Assembly: GCA_964582225.1 (NCBI GenBank)
Contig: CAZORA010000007.1
Coordinates: 11,558-75,557 of the forward strand
DNA from: an uncultured Dokdonella sp.
GTDB lineage: Bacteria; Pseudomonadota; Gammaproteobacteria; Xanthomonadales; Rhodanobacteraceae
Direction: 5' to 3'
Length of the DNA: 64,000 nt
Shown here: positions 54,699 to 64,000 of the stretch, one piece after another
How positions within the stretch are numbered: position 1 is the first letter of the stretch
Layout of the letters: every line of letters starts with the position of its first letter
Notes under the pieces: generated by a model
Database searches by the model: none
The model's input: only the letters and a program-made list of their open reading frames with translations
What the model was told of the DNA's origin: nothing
Made by a program: the position numbers and the translations under genes

Positions 54699-56561
54699 AT
54701 GAACCGACCGAATACTGCCGACCGCTCGAAGCCGCGCCAGCCCGCGGGCGCGCTTGCCGCCGCTAGCCTGCTGCTGATCACGGCCGCCGTGGCGCTCCTG
54801 GATCCGGCGGTCGCAAGCGCCCCGAGCGCAGGGTCTCCGCAGTGGCTTGGCGTCGTCGGCCTGAACTTGCTGCCGCCGCTGATCGTGTTCGCCCTCCTGC
54901 TCGCAGCCACCGGACGCGCGCTGTTCTCCGCGTGGTTGGTAATCCTGCTGCTGACGGCGCTCCACGCTGCCAACGTGGCCAAGCTCGCGACGCTCGAAAT
55001 GCCTCTCCTGCCGGCGGATTTCCAGCTGCTCGCAAACCCGGGGCCGACCCTCGATCTGCTTTGGAAGTACGTCCATGTAGGGCTCGGGCAGTGGCTCCTG
55101 ATCGCCCTCGCCGCACTGATCACCGCGCTGCTCTGGCGCCTGTACCCGCGTGTTTTGTCCGGCATGCATCGCGCTGTGCTCGGGGTGCTTGCGCTCGTGG
55201 GCGGCGCCAGCCTGGTCACGGGCAGCGCGCCTTGGCCGCGCCTTTTCGATGCCAACGCGCTCGGCTTCCAGCTCTGGGAGCAGACGCTCAGCAGCGCGCG
55301 CGTCGGTCTGCTCGGAAATCTGGTGCTGTACAACTGGCAGATCGGCAGCGGCGACATTCCCAGCGGCGATCACGTGCTCGCTGCGCGCTTTCTCGAACGC
55401 CATCGCGCGGCCCTCCCTGACCGCGACCATCGCTCGCAAAAGGCTCGCCCTCTACCCGATATCGTCGTCGTGCAGAGCGAGTCGCTGTTCGATCCGGCGC
55501 GCGTCAGCGGCGTAGTCGAGAACCGCTGGCTGCCGGCCTACCACCGCCTGAGCCGGCGGGCGACCGCCGGCGATCTGTGGGTACCAACCTTCGTCGGCGG
55601 CACCATCCGCACTGAATTCGAGGTTCTCACCGGCGCGCCACTGACGAGCCTCGGCGGCGTACAGTATCCGTGGCTCGAGCTCAAGCACGCCGACTACCCG
55701 AATCTTGCCCGACTGCTCGGCGCACACGGCTACCGTCGTATCGCGATCCACCCCAACCCGGCCGCATTCTGGAATCGCGCCCGCACCTACCCCGCACTCG
55801 GCTTCGAGCACTTCATCGACAGCACTCAGTTCGATGGCGAACGCATCGTCGGCCTGTTCCTTTCCGATGCGGCCATGACCGACCGCATCCTGGCCGAACT
55901 GGACGAAAGCGAAGGGCCACACTTCGTGTTCGCGATTTCCATGGAGAACCACGGCCCCTTCGACTGGCGGCCCAACCTCGATCCCGAACGTCTCGCTCGG
56001 CTGCAGATGCCGCCTGCCCTCGACGCCGGCGGTCGCCTGTGGTTCGGCAACTACCTGTATCTGCTGGACGACGCCGACCGCGAGCTAGGGCGCCTCGCCC
56101 AGGCCCTGCACAAGCGTCGCCGGCGCACGCTGCTGCTCTTTTACGGCGACCATTTGCCCGGCCTCGCGCCGGTCTACCAGCAGCTCGGCTTCAAGAATGG
56201 TCGCCAAGCCATCGAGCAACCGGTGCCTTGGCTCCTGCTCGACACTGCAAGCAAGCGCGCGAAACGGCTAGACACCCACAGCTGGATGCTCCCCGGACTC
56301 CTGCTCCGCGCGGCGGGCCTCCACGATGCGGCCTGGTTCGACCTGGTTGCCGACCTCGCCCTCGACCCCGCCTTCGATCCCACCGAGCCGCAGGCCGCCG
56401 AGGGACTCGAAGCGCTCGCCCGTCTCCAGCTTCGCGGTGAACTGGACCCATTGCTCGCGCAGCTGCAATCCAGTCGCGCGCGCGGTTCCGCCGATACGCA
56501 AGCGGCACAAGCACACGCCCCGAGCTCGCCGGCCTCGCCCTCGACGGCGGCGCCGAGGTGA
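54699..56561 (+). CDS. LTA-synthase/sulfatase-like membrane phosphotransferase
   Basis: Five N-terminal TMs; QSES, GGTIRTEFEVLTG, SMENHGPF, YGDHLP. Confidence 0.88.
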   Translation: MNRPNTADRSKPRQPAGALAAASLLLITAAVALLDPAVASAPSAGSPQWLGVVGLNLLPPLIVFALLLAATGRALFSAWLVILLLTALHAANVAKLATLEMPLLPADFQLLANPGPTLDLLWKYVHVGLGQWLLIALAALITALLWRLYPRVLSGMHRAVLGVLALVGGASLVTGSAPWPRLFDANALGFQLWEQTLSSARVGLLGNLVLYNWQIGSGDIPSGDHVLAARFLERHRAALPDRDHRSQKARPLPDIVVVQSESLFDPARVSGVVENRWLPAYHRLSRRATAGDLWVPTFVGGTIRTEFEVLTGAPLTSLGGVQYPWLELKHADYPNLARLLGAHGYRRIAIHPNPAAFWNRARTYPALGFEHFIDSTQFDGERIVGLFLSDAAMTDRILAELDESEGPHFVFAISMENHGPFDWRPNLDPERLARLQMPPALDAGGRLWFGNYLYLLDDADRELGRLAQALHKRRRRTLLLFYGDHLPGLAPVYQQLGFKNGRQAIEQPVPWLLLDTASKRAKRLDTHSWMLPGLLLRAAGLHDAAWFDLVADLALDPAFDPTEPQAAEGLEALARLQLRGELDPLLAQLQSSRARGSADTQAAQAHAPSSPASPSTAAPR

Positions 56562-56638
56562 TCGCTCTCGAACACCAGGTTCGTCTGCAGCGCCTGCTGC
56601 CGGGACGCAGTTGGTGTTGGCGAGCTTACGAGCGACCC

Positions 56639-56672
56639 GCCGACCCGACCCGACGATTCGGATCGGGTCGGC
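56639..56672. terminator. Hairpin between convergent genes
   Basis: GCCGACCCGA / TCGGGTCGGC 10-bp stem; no clear U tract. Confidence 0.4.
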
Positions 56673-56767
56673 GCGCGCTCACGGAATCAGGGGCGGGACG
56701 TCCACGCCGCGAACGGCGAGCGTCGCGCGCAGCAGGTTGGGGTCAGCGCGGTCGGAGCAACTGGCTG

Positions 56768-57277
56768 TCAGTCGCTTTGGGCAACCAAGGCGGAATAGCT
56801 CTTGCGCGCCGCAAGAAAGAGGTCGAAAGGGAACTTGATCGGTACGCCTTCGAGGGCGGCGGCGAGCATTTCGAGGTGGCCTTCAAAGCCAGCACAGGCC
56901 TTGGCGATGTCTTCGTCTGCGGGAACGCGCACGCTGAGGACGAGACGGGTGCCGGCGTCGACGTCGAAGAGCTCCCAGCGCAGGGGCCGTTCAGGCTGCT
57001 CGCCGCGGCTCCAGGAGTAAGCGAGGACGCGCCCGGGAGTGAAGTCGAGAAGATGGCTGTCGATCACCTGACCGCTGTCGGCGAAGTCGATCCGCACGGT
57101 GCCACCGGGGCGCTGGTCGATCGATCCGGGGGCCAGCCATTCAGCCATCGCGGCGGACTCGGTAAGGCGACGCCAAAGCTCCGCCGGCGCGTGGTCGAAC
57201 TCACGCTGCAGCACGCCTTCGAAGCCACCAGCAGCAAGACGGCGAATGGTTCCGGGCTTGAACTCGTCTACGCTCAC
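56768..57277 (-). CDS. SRPBCC/AHSA1-like protein
   Basis: AAGGAG SD before GTG; REFDHAPAELWRRLT..EWLA, LAYSW, GTRLVL. Confidence 0.85.
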   Translation of the reverse strand: MSVDEFKPGTIRRLAAGGFEGVLQREFDHAPAELWRRLTESAAMAEWLAPGSIDQRPGGTVRIDFADSGQVIDSHLLDFTPGRVLAYSWSRGEQPERPLRWELFDVDAGTRLVLSVRVPADEDIAKACAGFEGHLEMLAAALEGVPIKFPFDLFLAARKSYSALVAQSD

Positions 57278-57359
57278 GGCAGCTTGCTCCTTGGCGAGTA
57301 AGAGCCGACAGTGTAGCGAGCGCGGGCGGGCGCGCGGCTGAGCGGAGTCAGCTCGCGTC

Positions 57360-60300
57360 TCAGCGCACGTCGCGGCCTGGCTCGGGGCGGACGATCGGCT
57401 TCCAGGGAACGACCGGCGGGCTGCTTCCGAGACCGCCGGCGCAGAAGTCTTCCGGGTGTACGTCGCGCTGGTCGGGACAGCCGTCGAAGGTCCTGGCAAT
57501 CGCCCTGAGCGGTGTGTCCCAAGGCGTCACCCGCTGCACGCAGGTCGGCTCGGGCGCGGCGATGCGCTGCGCGGGCACGTTGAAGCTCGCCGGCAGAGTG
57601 AAGCTGAAGCCGGGGCAGCCGGCAGGTGGGCAGTCGGGGAGCGCCCTGGCCCAGGAGCAGACGGCGTCGTGCTCCGCGCTGCCGTCGGCGCTGACGCACT
57701 GTTCGCCCTGCACCCGGCAGAACGAGCGCGGCTGGCAGCTGTAGTTGAGCTCGGCCTGCTGGTCGGCGAGCGTCGGCGCGGGGAAATCGGCGGCGCCGAA
57801 GGTGATCTCGTAGATGCCGCTGGCCGGGTCGTCCTGGTACCAGCCGCTGTGGGTTGGCGCGCCGGGCTGCGCTGCAAAGGTCGGTGGGTTGGTGCCGATG
57901 TGGGCACGCAGGAGGCCGATGCTCGCCGGGTCGAAGTCGGCGCCGACGTAGATGCGATAGGTCTGGCTGGTGCCCTGGTCGGCGTAGAGCTGGAAAAGGT
58001 GATAGGTCTCGCCGGCGCGGAAGACGGTGCGGTCGCAGGCGCCGCCGCCGGGGATCGCGTGGCAGGCCTGGTCCTGCAGTTCGCCGGAGGCGCTGGTGTC
58101 GATGAAATAGGTGCCGCCGTTGACCGTGAGCGAACTGCGCTGGCCCGTCTCTTGACCCATCATGCGCATTTCGTGCGCGATGCCCTCGTCTGTTTTCTCC
58201 ATCCGATTCTGCCGGATCAGCGGCACGCCGTAGCAGCGCTCGCTGGTGCAGGTCTTGCTCCAGTCGCCGCCGACCTGGGTCGGGTAAATCACGGTGGTGA
58301 CGAAGTGGTAGGGGCTGGTGCGCGAGGATTCGGCCGACTTGCACTCGGTGGAGTCGATCGGCCCGGCAAAATATTGGTCGTTGTTGACCACGGTGCTGTT
58401 GACGAAGCCGGTCAGGGTGCCGTCATCGTCGTTCAGCACCGTCTGGCGGTCGTTGCCGGCGAAGCCAACGAAAGTGTTGCGGTCCCAGACGCAGTATTTC
58501 TCCGCCAGCTTGTCGTAATCGGTTTCGAAGCTGCCGTTCTTGTAGAAGGGCGTGATCACGTAGTGGCGCGTGTCTACGTTCTCGAAGTAGAGATCGCGCG
58601 AGTGGAAGGCCGGTGGGTAGTAGAAACCGTTCGGCTGCTTCCAGCCAATCGCCGCGTTGGGCATGTAGCAGCGCCCGCCGCTGCGCAGCAGGCCCTTGAC
58701 CGTACCGGCGAGCCAAGCGCTTTGCCGCTTGCGGCTGCTCGCGGCCGGCTGGCAGCTGCCGACCCGGTTCGCCTCATCGACGAAAGGACTGCAGTCGTCG
58801 ACAGTTCGCGAGTGGATTTCGAGATACGCGTTCGATTCCTGCCAGGCCGGCCCGTCGTAGACGCTGAACATGCGCTGGTACATGCCGAAGTTGTCGATCT
58901 GGTGGCTGATGCCCTCGTCCTTCGACAGGCAGTAGTTTCCCGGCCGGTTGCCGGCCGCGTCCGTCGCGCATTCGAGAGCCTGTGGATTGAAGGGCCCCCC
59001 GTCGGAGGCGTAGGGATTGTCGGGCTGGGTGCTGCCGACGAAAGCGCTCTTGCGCACCAGCGCCCAGTGCCCCGGGACCACGTCCGACTCGCTGTAGCCG
59101 CCGCCAGTGACCATGGTGAGACCGGCTTGCTGCACGTCGGTAATCACGCTGTCAGTCACCAGATACCACTGCGGGCGCAGCCAGATCGCGGCGAAATTGA
59201 AGGTGGCCCAGTTGAACGAGGTGTTGAAGCGATCGAGCACGGTGACCATGCAGTTTTCCAGCCGGTCGCCGCCGCAGCGCGGCAGGGTGCTGCAGTCTTC
59301 GCCGCTGCACTGGGTGGCGAAGCGACCACCATCGCCGAGCAGCGGGTAGTAATCGGCGTCCGGCGCCTGTGGCACCAGGGGGTTCGACACCGGACGCAGG
59401 GTCAGCCCGGGATCGCCGCCGCTCTGCACGCCATGGCAGGCGGAGGTGGCGGTCACGGTCTGGAAGGCGGTCATCGCAGTCGAGCAGAAGTTGCCCTCGA
59501 AGGATTGCAGTGGGGTCATGCCGGCGCGATCCAGTGAGCTCTGCATCGAAGCGTAGGAAGTCCACTTCATGCTGCGCGACATGCCGCTGTTGGCACCGTC
59601 CAGAAGCCAATAGCAGGCGCCGCAGGTGCCGGCGCCGACCGCCATGTTGTCAGTGAACCGATTCCAGCCGTTCATGATCCAGAACACGGTCGGATGGTCG
59701 TAGTCGGACTTGAAGGGCATGCGATCGGCGTCGCTGCCGTCGTCGAGCGCCAGGATGCCAGGTACCTTGCGCGGGTTCTGCGCGTTGTCTACCGCGGCGC
59801 GGGCGAATACGCCGAGGTTGGCGGTGAGCACGTTGTCGGTTTCCGTGCCGTCCTCGAGATAGAAGCCGTGACCGATCGACTTGTAGCCGATGTTGCGCTC
59901 GAGATAGACGTTTTGCGCACCATGCAGGACCACCCATCGGGTCATCGATTCGTTGATCGAGGAATCGCGCAGGAAGGTGTCTTGCGGCACGTGGCGCACG
60001 AGGTGGAAGTGCACGGGATAACGCCCCATCACTCCGCCCTGGCCGAGCTGGCGGAACTCCACGCCCTGGATCTGCGCCTTGGCGAAACCCTGCCGGATGA
60101 CCACGTGACCGCCGTAGTAGTAACCGCTGGCCTCGTCCGGAAACGGCTCGCCGGAGTGGTCGCCGGCTGAGGCGATCTGGATCGAGCGGCTGAGCACACC
60201 AACCGCGGCGCGAGTCTCCAGCGCCTCGCCGTTGCCAGTGCGGGTCGGACCGACGCTGAGCGGAGTCTGACCCAGCGAGTAGCGCTTGCCGTTATGCGCG

Positions 60301-61244
60301 AACTGCACGCCGTTTGTCAGCGGAATGCTGGTCACACAACTCACGTCCGCACCCACCGTCAGCGTTTCCGAGTGGCCCGGCAGGTAGTCGGTGCTGGTCA
60401 GGACGATTTCGTCACCCTGTGAAAACGACAGCGGGCGATCCACCTGCAGCTGGTTCGCGCCCGGCTCTACCGAGGCGGCGAGCCGCGCCCAGCTGCTCGC
60501 GCTGCTCGTGGGGTAGCTCGCGCCGCACTCACCGCGTCCGGCGAAGCTCGCGCCCTTGCGGCCGTAGAGCTCGAGCGTGCCACCATAGGCAACGCCCAGC
60601 ACCTTGCTGCCGAAATAGCCCTGGCGACCCTGTGCGTCACGACCGCCGGCATGCGGCAGCGGGTGATAGGAATAGAAGTAATCGTGGGCGATCTTCGGGT
60701 CATCCTTGGCGTTGGGGTAGGTCTCCTTCAGGTTCGCGGCCTCGATCGTGCGCGCGCTGTTGGCCGGCAGCCACTTGCCGCTTGCGTCCAGGTTGGAGTT
60801 CCAAACTTCATCGGGAATGCCGCAGTGCCCCTGTTCATCAGACTGGCAGATGACGCCGGTAACTTCGGCGTGGGGGTTGGCGGCGACCGGGTCTTCGCCC
60901 CAGAGGCGAATGACGAGCCGGCCGCCGTGACTGCCGATCGGCGCTGCGGGACTGCCGGCGCGGAGCGTGCCACCGTTTTCGACGAGGATATTGGCGGCGC
61001 TGAAGTCGATCTGTTCGTCGGCGAACTCGAGCGTACCGCCGCGGACGATGTGCAGGTTACCGAAGCGGTAGGTGCCGGCGTGAACGCAGGTCCAGGTGTC
61101 GATCACACGTTCCGCGTCGGTCATCTGCTGCGGCAGATCTTCGACACAGCCGCTCTGCGCACGGGCGCACGGCAGAACGCCGGGCAGCAGTGGCAACCCC
61201 AGGGCCAGCAGCGCGCAGGCCGTCCGGTGAAGAAGCGTAATCAT
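57360..61244 (-). CDS. Secreted G8-domain beta-helix protein, TMEM2/CEMIP-like
   Basis: Signal peptide, G8-like start, AVGVLSRSIQI, GQGGVMGRYPVHFH, LHG..N.G..GHGFYLEDG.E..N, VFWI; Cys-rich. Confidence 0.85.
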   Translation of the reverse strand: MITLLHRTACALLALGLPLLPGVLPCARAQSGCVEDLPQQMTDAERVIDTWTCVHAGTYRFGNLHIVRGGTLEFADEQIDFSAANILVENGGTLRAGSPAAPIGSHGGRLVIRLWGEDPVAANPHAEVTGVICQSDEQGHCGIPDEVWNSNLDASGKWLPANSARTIEAANLKETYPNAKDDPKIAHDYFYSYHPLPHAGGRDAQGRQGYFGSKVLGVAYGGTLELYGRKGASFAGRGECGASYPTSSASSWARLAASVEPGANQLQVDRPLSFSQGDEIVLTSTDYLPGHSETLTVGADVSCVTSIPLTNGVQFAHNGKRYSLGQTPLSVGPTRTGNGEALETRAAVGVLSRSIQIASAGDHSGEPFPDEASGYYYGGHVVIRQGFAKAQIQGVEFRQLGQGGVMGRYPVHFHLVRHVPQDTFLRDSSINESMTRWVVLHGAQNVYLERNIGYKSIGHGFYLEDGTETDNVLTANLGVFARAAVDNAQNPRKVPGILALDDGSDADRMPFKSDYDHPTVFWIMNGWNRFTDNMAVGAGTCGACYWLLDGANSGMSRSMKWTSYASMQSSLDRAGMTPLQSFEGNFCSTAMTAFQTVTATSACHGVQSGGDPGLTLRPVSNPLVPQAPDADYYPLLGDGGRFATQCSGEDCSTLPRCGGDRLENCMVTVLDRFNTSFNWATFNFAAIWLRPQWYLVTDSVITDVQQAGLTMVTGGGYSESDVVPGHWALVRKSAFVGSTQPDNPYASDGGPFNPQALECATDAAGNRPGNYCLSKDEGISHQIDNFGMYQRMFSVYDGPAWQESNAYLEIHSRTVDDCSPFVDEANRVGSCQPAASSRKRQSAWLAGTVKGLLRSGGRCYMPNAAIGWKQPNGFYYPPAFHSRDLYFENVDTRHYVITPFYKNGSFETDYDKLAEKYCVWDRNTFVGFAGNDRQTVLNDDDGTLTGFVNSTVVNNDQYFAGPIDSTECKSAESSRTSPYHFVTTVIYPTQVGGDWSKTCTSERCYGVPLIRQNRMEKTDEGIAHEMRMMGQETGQRSSLTVNGGTYFIDTSASGELQDQACHAIPGGGACDRTVFRAGETYHLFQLYADQGTSQTYRIYVGADFDPASIGLLRAHIGTNPPTFAAQPGAPTHSGWYQDDPASGIYEITFGAADFPAPTLADQQAELNYSCQPRSFCRVQGEQCVSADGSAEHDAVCSWARALPDCPPAGCPGFSFTLPASFNVPAQRIAAPEPTCVQRVTPWDTPLRAIARTFDGCPDQRDVHPEDFCAGGLGSSPPVVPWKPIVRPEPGRDVR

Positions 61245-61536
61245 GGTTGGAACCTCCGCAGCTGCGACTGGCGCACGTCGCGGGCTCGGCGCAGGATGCG
61301 GGGGACGACGCGGCTGGTGTTCACGAGAGTTTGCATCTCACGCCAGTTTCAGCAAGCGAATTCAGACGTAAATTTTCGTGTCGAACCCGAGCGTGGAGGA
61401 GCACTGCTGGCGGCGAGTCACCGGATCATCCCGAACCACCCTGCGTCAACCCACGTCCCGCGGTCACCCGCGTCACCCCCTTTACAGCACCATGGCGGCA
61501 TGGTAGTCGGATTCCTGGCCACCCCCGAGCCGCCTG

Positions 61537-62850
61537 ATGATCGTCTGCCCTGGTTGGATCGCGCGTAACGCCATCGGCCTGCACCGCGCCGCTGGCGCAC
61601 TGGCTTGCCTGACCGCGTTGTGCGTCGCCGCCCCGGCGCAGGGCCGCAGCGTGCCGGTCGACTCGGTGCCGGCGCTGCGCAATGCGCTGGCCGCCGCGCA
61701 GCCGGGCGACGACATCGTGCTCGCAGCCGGAGCCTACGCGGTCAGTGGCAACCTGACGGCGGAAGTCGACGGCACTGCCGCGGCGCCAATCGTGCTGCGC
61801 CCAGCGACGCCGCGGAGCGTGCTGCTGCGCTTCGCCAGCGCCGGCACGGCCGTCGAGGGCTTCAAGGTATCCGGCGCCTGGTGGCGCTTCGAAGGCCTCG
61901 ACATCGAAGGCACCTGCGCCAGCGACAGCGACTGTGAACACGCGTTTCACGTCATCGGCGGCGCCGATCACCTCGTGATTCGCGACTGCGAACTCCGCGA
62001 CTTCAACGCGCAGATCAAGGCGAACGGCATGGTGCTCGGCGCGGACATGGTCTTTCCAGACGACGTGCTGATCGAGCGCAACCTGCTGTACGACACGCGC
62101 GCGCGCAATACGGCGAATCCGGTGACCAAGATCGACGTGGTAGGCGGCCGGCGTTGGATCGTGCGCGCGAACACCATCTACGACGGCCAGAAGGGGGGCG
62201 GCGACGAGGTCAGCTATGCCGCCTTCCTCAAAGGCAACTCGCGCGACGGCCTGTTCGAGCGCAATCTGGTGCGCTGTGCTTGGCATACGGCGGGGGGCGT
62301 GCGCATCGGCCTGTCGTTCGGCGGCGGCGGCACCGGCGCGCAGTACTGCGAGGACGGCAGCTGCGAGACCGAGCACCAGAACGGGGTCATGCGCAACAAC
62401 CTGATCATGGACTGCAGCGACGTCGGCATCTATCTGAACCGCGCCGCGAACAGCCGGATCGAGCACAACACGCTGTACGCGACGAGCGGCATCGACGTGC
62501 GCTTTACCACCTCGAGTGCGGACCTGCGCAACAACCTCTTGAGCGGCGTGATCCGCAACCGCGATGGCGGCACTCACACGGCGGAAGGCAACCTGAGCGG
62601 GATCACGGTGGTGACATTCGCCGCCTGGTTCGTCGATCCCGCCAGCGCCGATTTTCGCCTGCTGGACGGCGGCGCTTTCGTCGACCAGGGCGCGCCGGCG
62701 CCGCTCGTCGTCGACGATTTCTGCGGCACCGCGCGCAGCGATGGCCTACCCGACATCGGCGCCCTCGAGTACCAGCCGGACGCCCGCTGCGCCACGGACA
62801 TTGGCGGCGGCGGGATCGGCGAACGCATTTTCGCCAACGGCTTCGAATGA
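61537..62850 (+). CDS. Secreted right-handed beta-helix protein (chondroitinase-B/pectate-lyase-like) ending ERIFANGFE
   Basis: Signal peptide, LRNALAAAQPGDDIVLAAGAY, repeated IxxNx strands, DFRL..DFCGTAR..PDIGALEY tail. Confidence 0.82.
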   Translation: MIVCPGWIARNAIGLHRAAGALACLTALCVAAPAQGRSVPVDSVPALRNALAAAQPGDDIVLAAGAYAVSGNLTAEVDGTAAAPIVLRPATPRSVLLRFASAGTAVEGFKVSGAWWRFEGLDIEGTCASDSDCEHAFHVIGGADHLVIRDCELRDFNAQIKANGMVLGADMVFPDDVLIERNLLYDTRARNTANPVTKIDVVGGRRWIVRANTIYDGQKGGGDEVSYAAFLKGNSRDGLFERNLVRCAWHTAGGVRIGLSFGGGGTGAQYCEDGSCETEHQNGVMRNNLIMDCSDVGIYLNRAANSRIEHNTLYATSGIDVRFTTSSADLRNNLLSGVIRNRDGGTHTAEGNLSGITVVTFAAWFVDPASADFRLLDGGAFVDQGAPAPLVVDDFCGTARSDGLPDIGALEYQPDARCATDIGGGGIGERIFANGFE

Positions 62851-62949
62851 ACGGCCGCGCGTCGGTACCCGAAGGGCACGGCCGCGAAGATCGCCGGCCG
62901 GCCCTGCGCAGCCCGTGAGGCGAGGTTCAAGGCGGCATCGGAAGGGGAT

Positions 62950-63999
62950 TCAGGACACGACTTCCACCCGATTGCGGCCGGATTCCTTCGCCCGGTACAG
63001 GGCCCGATCGAGCGCCTTCAGGTCGATTCCAGCGCCGTTTGCGGAACAGACGGCGATGCTCACCGTCAGCGTGAGCGCTTGATCCTGCCAGACCCAGGGC
63101 GTCTCGGCGAGGGCTCCCTGGATGCGCACCGCAGCGGCGTGTGCTGCAGCGCGATCGGTGCCGGGGAACAGGATCAGAAACTCCTCCCCGCCCCAGCGCC
63201 CGAGCGCATCGACACTCCGCAACTCCCCGCGCAGCACATCTGCAACGTAGCGCAGTGCGGCGTCGCCTGCGGCGTGGCCGAAACGGTCGTTGATGCGCTT
63301 GAAGTGATCGATGTCGAGCATGAGCGCACCCAGCGGTTCGCTTCTGCCCGCGCTGCGTTGGCTGTCCGCCTCCAGGCGCTCGCTCAGAGCGCGTCGATTC
63401 AGGCAGGCGGTAAGCATGTCGTGGTTGGCCAGATGGTTGACCTCGCGCACCAGCCGGGCCGCCGCGAGTCCGATCAGACCGGCATTCGCCACCAGCATGA
63501 CGAAGAACGCGCTCCACAGGAGCGGAATCGAGACTCCCTCCTGCGTCGACTCGTACGGCAAGACGACTTCCGGCCAGAACGCCAGGCCTAGCGCGCGGAC
63601 GAACATGAGGAGGCCCAGCAGGGCAAACACGAAGGCGACGACGTTCAGCGGGAAGCGGAATATGCGCTCTTGCTGGCGGGTGCAGTCCTGAGCAAAGCGC
63701 AGGGCGATCCAGCCCAGCGGGAGGGAAAACAGGATCCCCCGCGGGCGGATCGCAAACTCCGGGTAGGGGATAAAGGCGGAGGCACCGGAAGCCAGCGCGA
63801 CGATGAACAGCGATTCGCGCAGTCGCGGGGGAAGCTGGCGAAACGTACGCACGCCGTTGCGGAACGCCACGGCGCACAAGAGCACCAGCAGGTCCGCGAA
63901 CCAGTAGTGCAGCCAGAAATCGAAATGGGTGTCGATCCGCTTGCGCCCGAGGATCAGGATGAGCCCGACCACCAGCAGCAAATTCCCCAGCGCAAAACG
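62950..63999 (-). CDS. Membrane-bound diguanylate cyclase (5' truncated by window edge)
   Basis: Multiple TMs, DMLT, DIDHFKRINDRFGHAAGD, RSVD I-site, GGEEF. Confidence 0.93.
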   Translation of the reverse strand, partial: RFALGNLLLVVGLILILGRKRIDTHFDFWLHYWFADLLVLLCAVAFRNGVRTFRQLPPRLRESLFIVALASGASAFIPYPEFAIRPRGILFSLPLGWIALRFAQDCTRQQERIFRFPLNVVAFVFALLGLLMFVRALGLAFWPEVVLPYESTQEGVSIPLLWSAFFVMLVANAGLIGLAAARLVREVNHLANHDMLTACLNRRALSERLEADSQRSAGRSEPLGALMLDIDHFKRINDRFGHAAGDAALRYVADVLRGELRSVDALGRWGGEEFLILFPGTDRAAAHAAAVRIQGALAETPWVWQDQALTLTVSIAVCSANGAGIDLKALDRALYRAKESGRNRVEVVS

Positions 64000-64000
64000 C

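Noticed and set aside
54597..55439. 281-aa N-terminal extension of the glnE ORF (1299 aa in the track)
   Set aside because: It is antisense to the LTA-synthase gene; GlnE likely starts at 54596.
6692..56622. 12-nt inverted match TCGCCAACACCA at about 6692 and 56612
   Set aside because: Too short to exceed chance in 64 kb; no repeat family seen.

Overview
GC-rich gammaproteobacterial chromosome segment. Gene content and order (atp operon, glmU, gltA-rpmE2-recG-ridA-spoT-rpoZ, yicC-rph-rdgB-hemW, btuB, DUF1631-PilZ, pcm-tolC-waaA-lpxL, glnE) suggest Xanthomonadales, probably Rhodanobacteraceae/Dokdonella-like (inference). Most of the window is housekeeping and envelope genes, but three normally tight gene junctions are interrupted: atpC|glmU (TPR-sulfotransferase, three secreted paralogs and a decayed fourth ORF), gmk|rpoZ (a complete mla system with inverted mlaA) and rdgB|hemW (two more secreted paralogs). 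The best candidate for an undescribed system is a family of five small, divergent, Cys-containing secreted beta-rich proteins in two clusters, together with a short motif (D/E)-x-I-F-x-x-x-F-(D/E/N). The motif occurs four times: at or near the C-terminus of one member of each cluster, at the end of an unrelated beta-helix protein, and in the decayed ORF. It may be a protein-sorting or surface-anchoring signal. The right end holds a divergent pair of secreted putative polysaccharide-degrading proteins (TMEM2/CEMIP-like G8 protein and a chondroitinase-B-like beta-helix protein). A cobalamin riboswitch, an FNR-like box and several operator-like sites are visible. No rRNA, tRNA, CRISPR array or transposase was recognised. 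All homology calls are from motif recognition by eye, not database searches.
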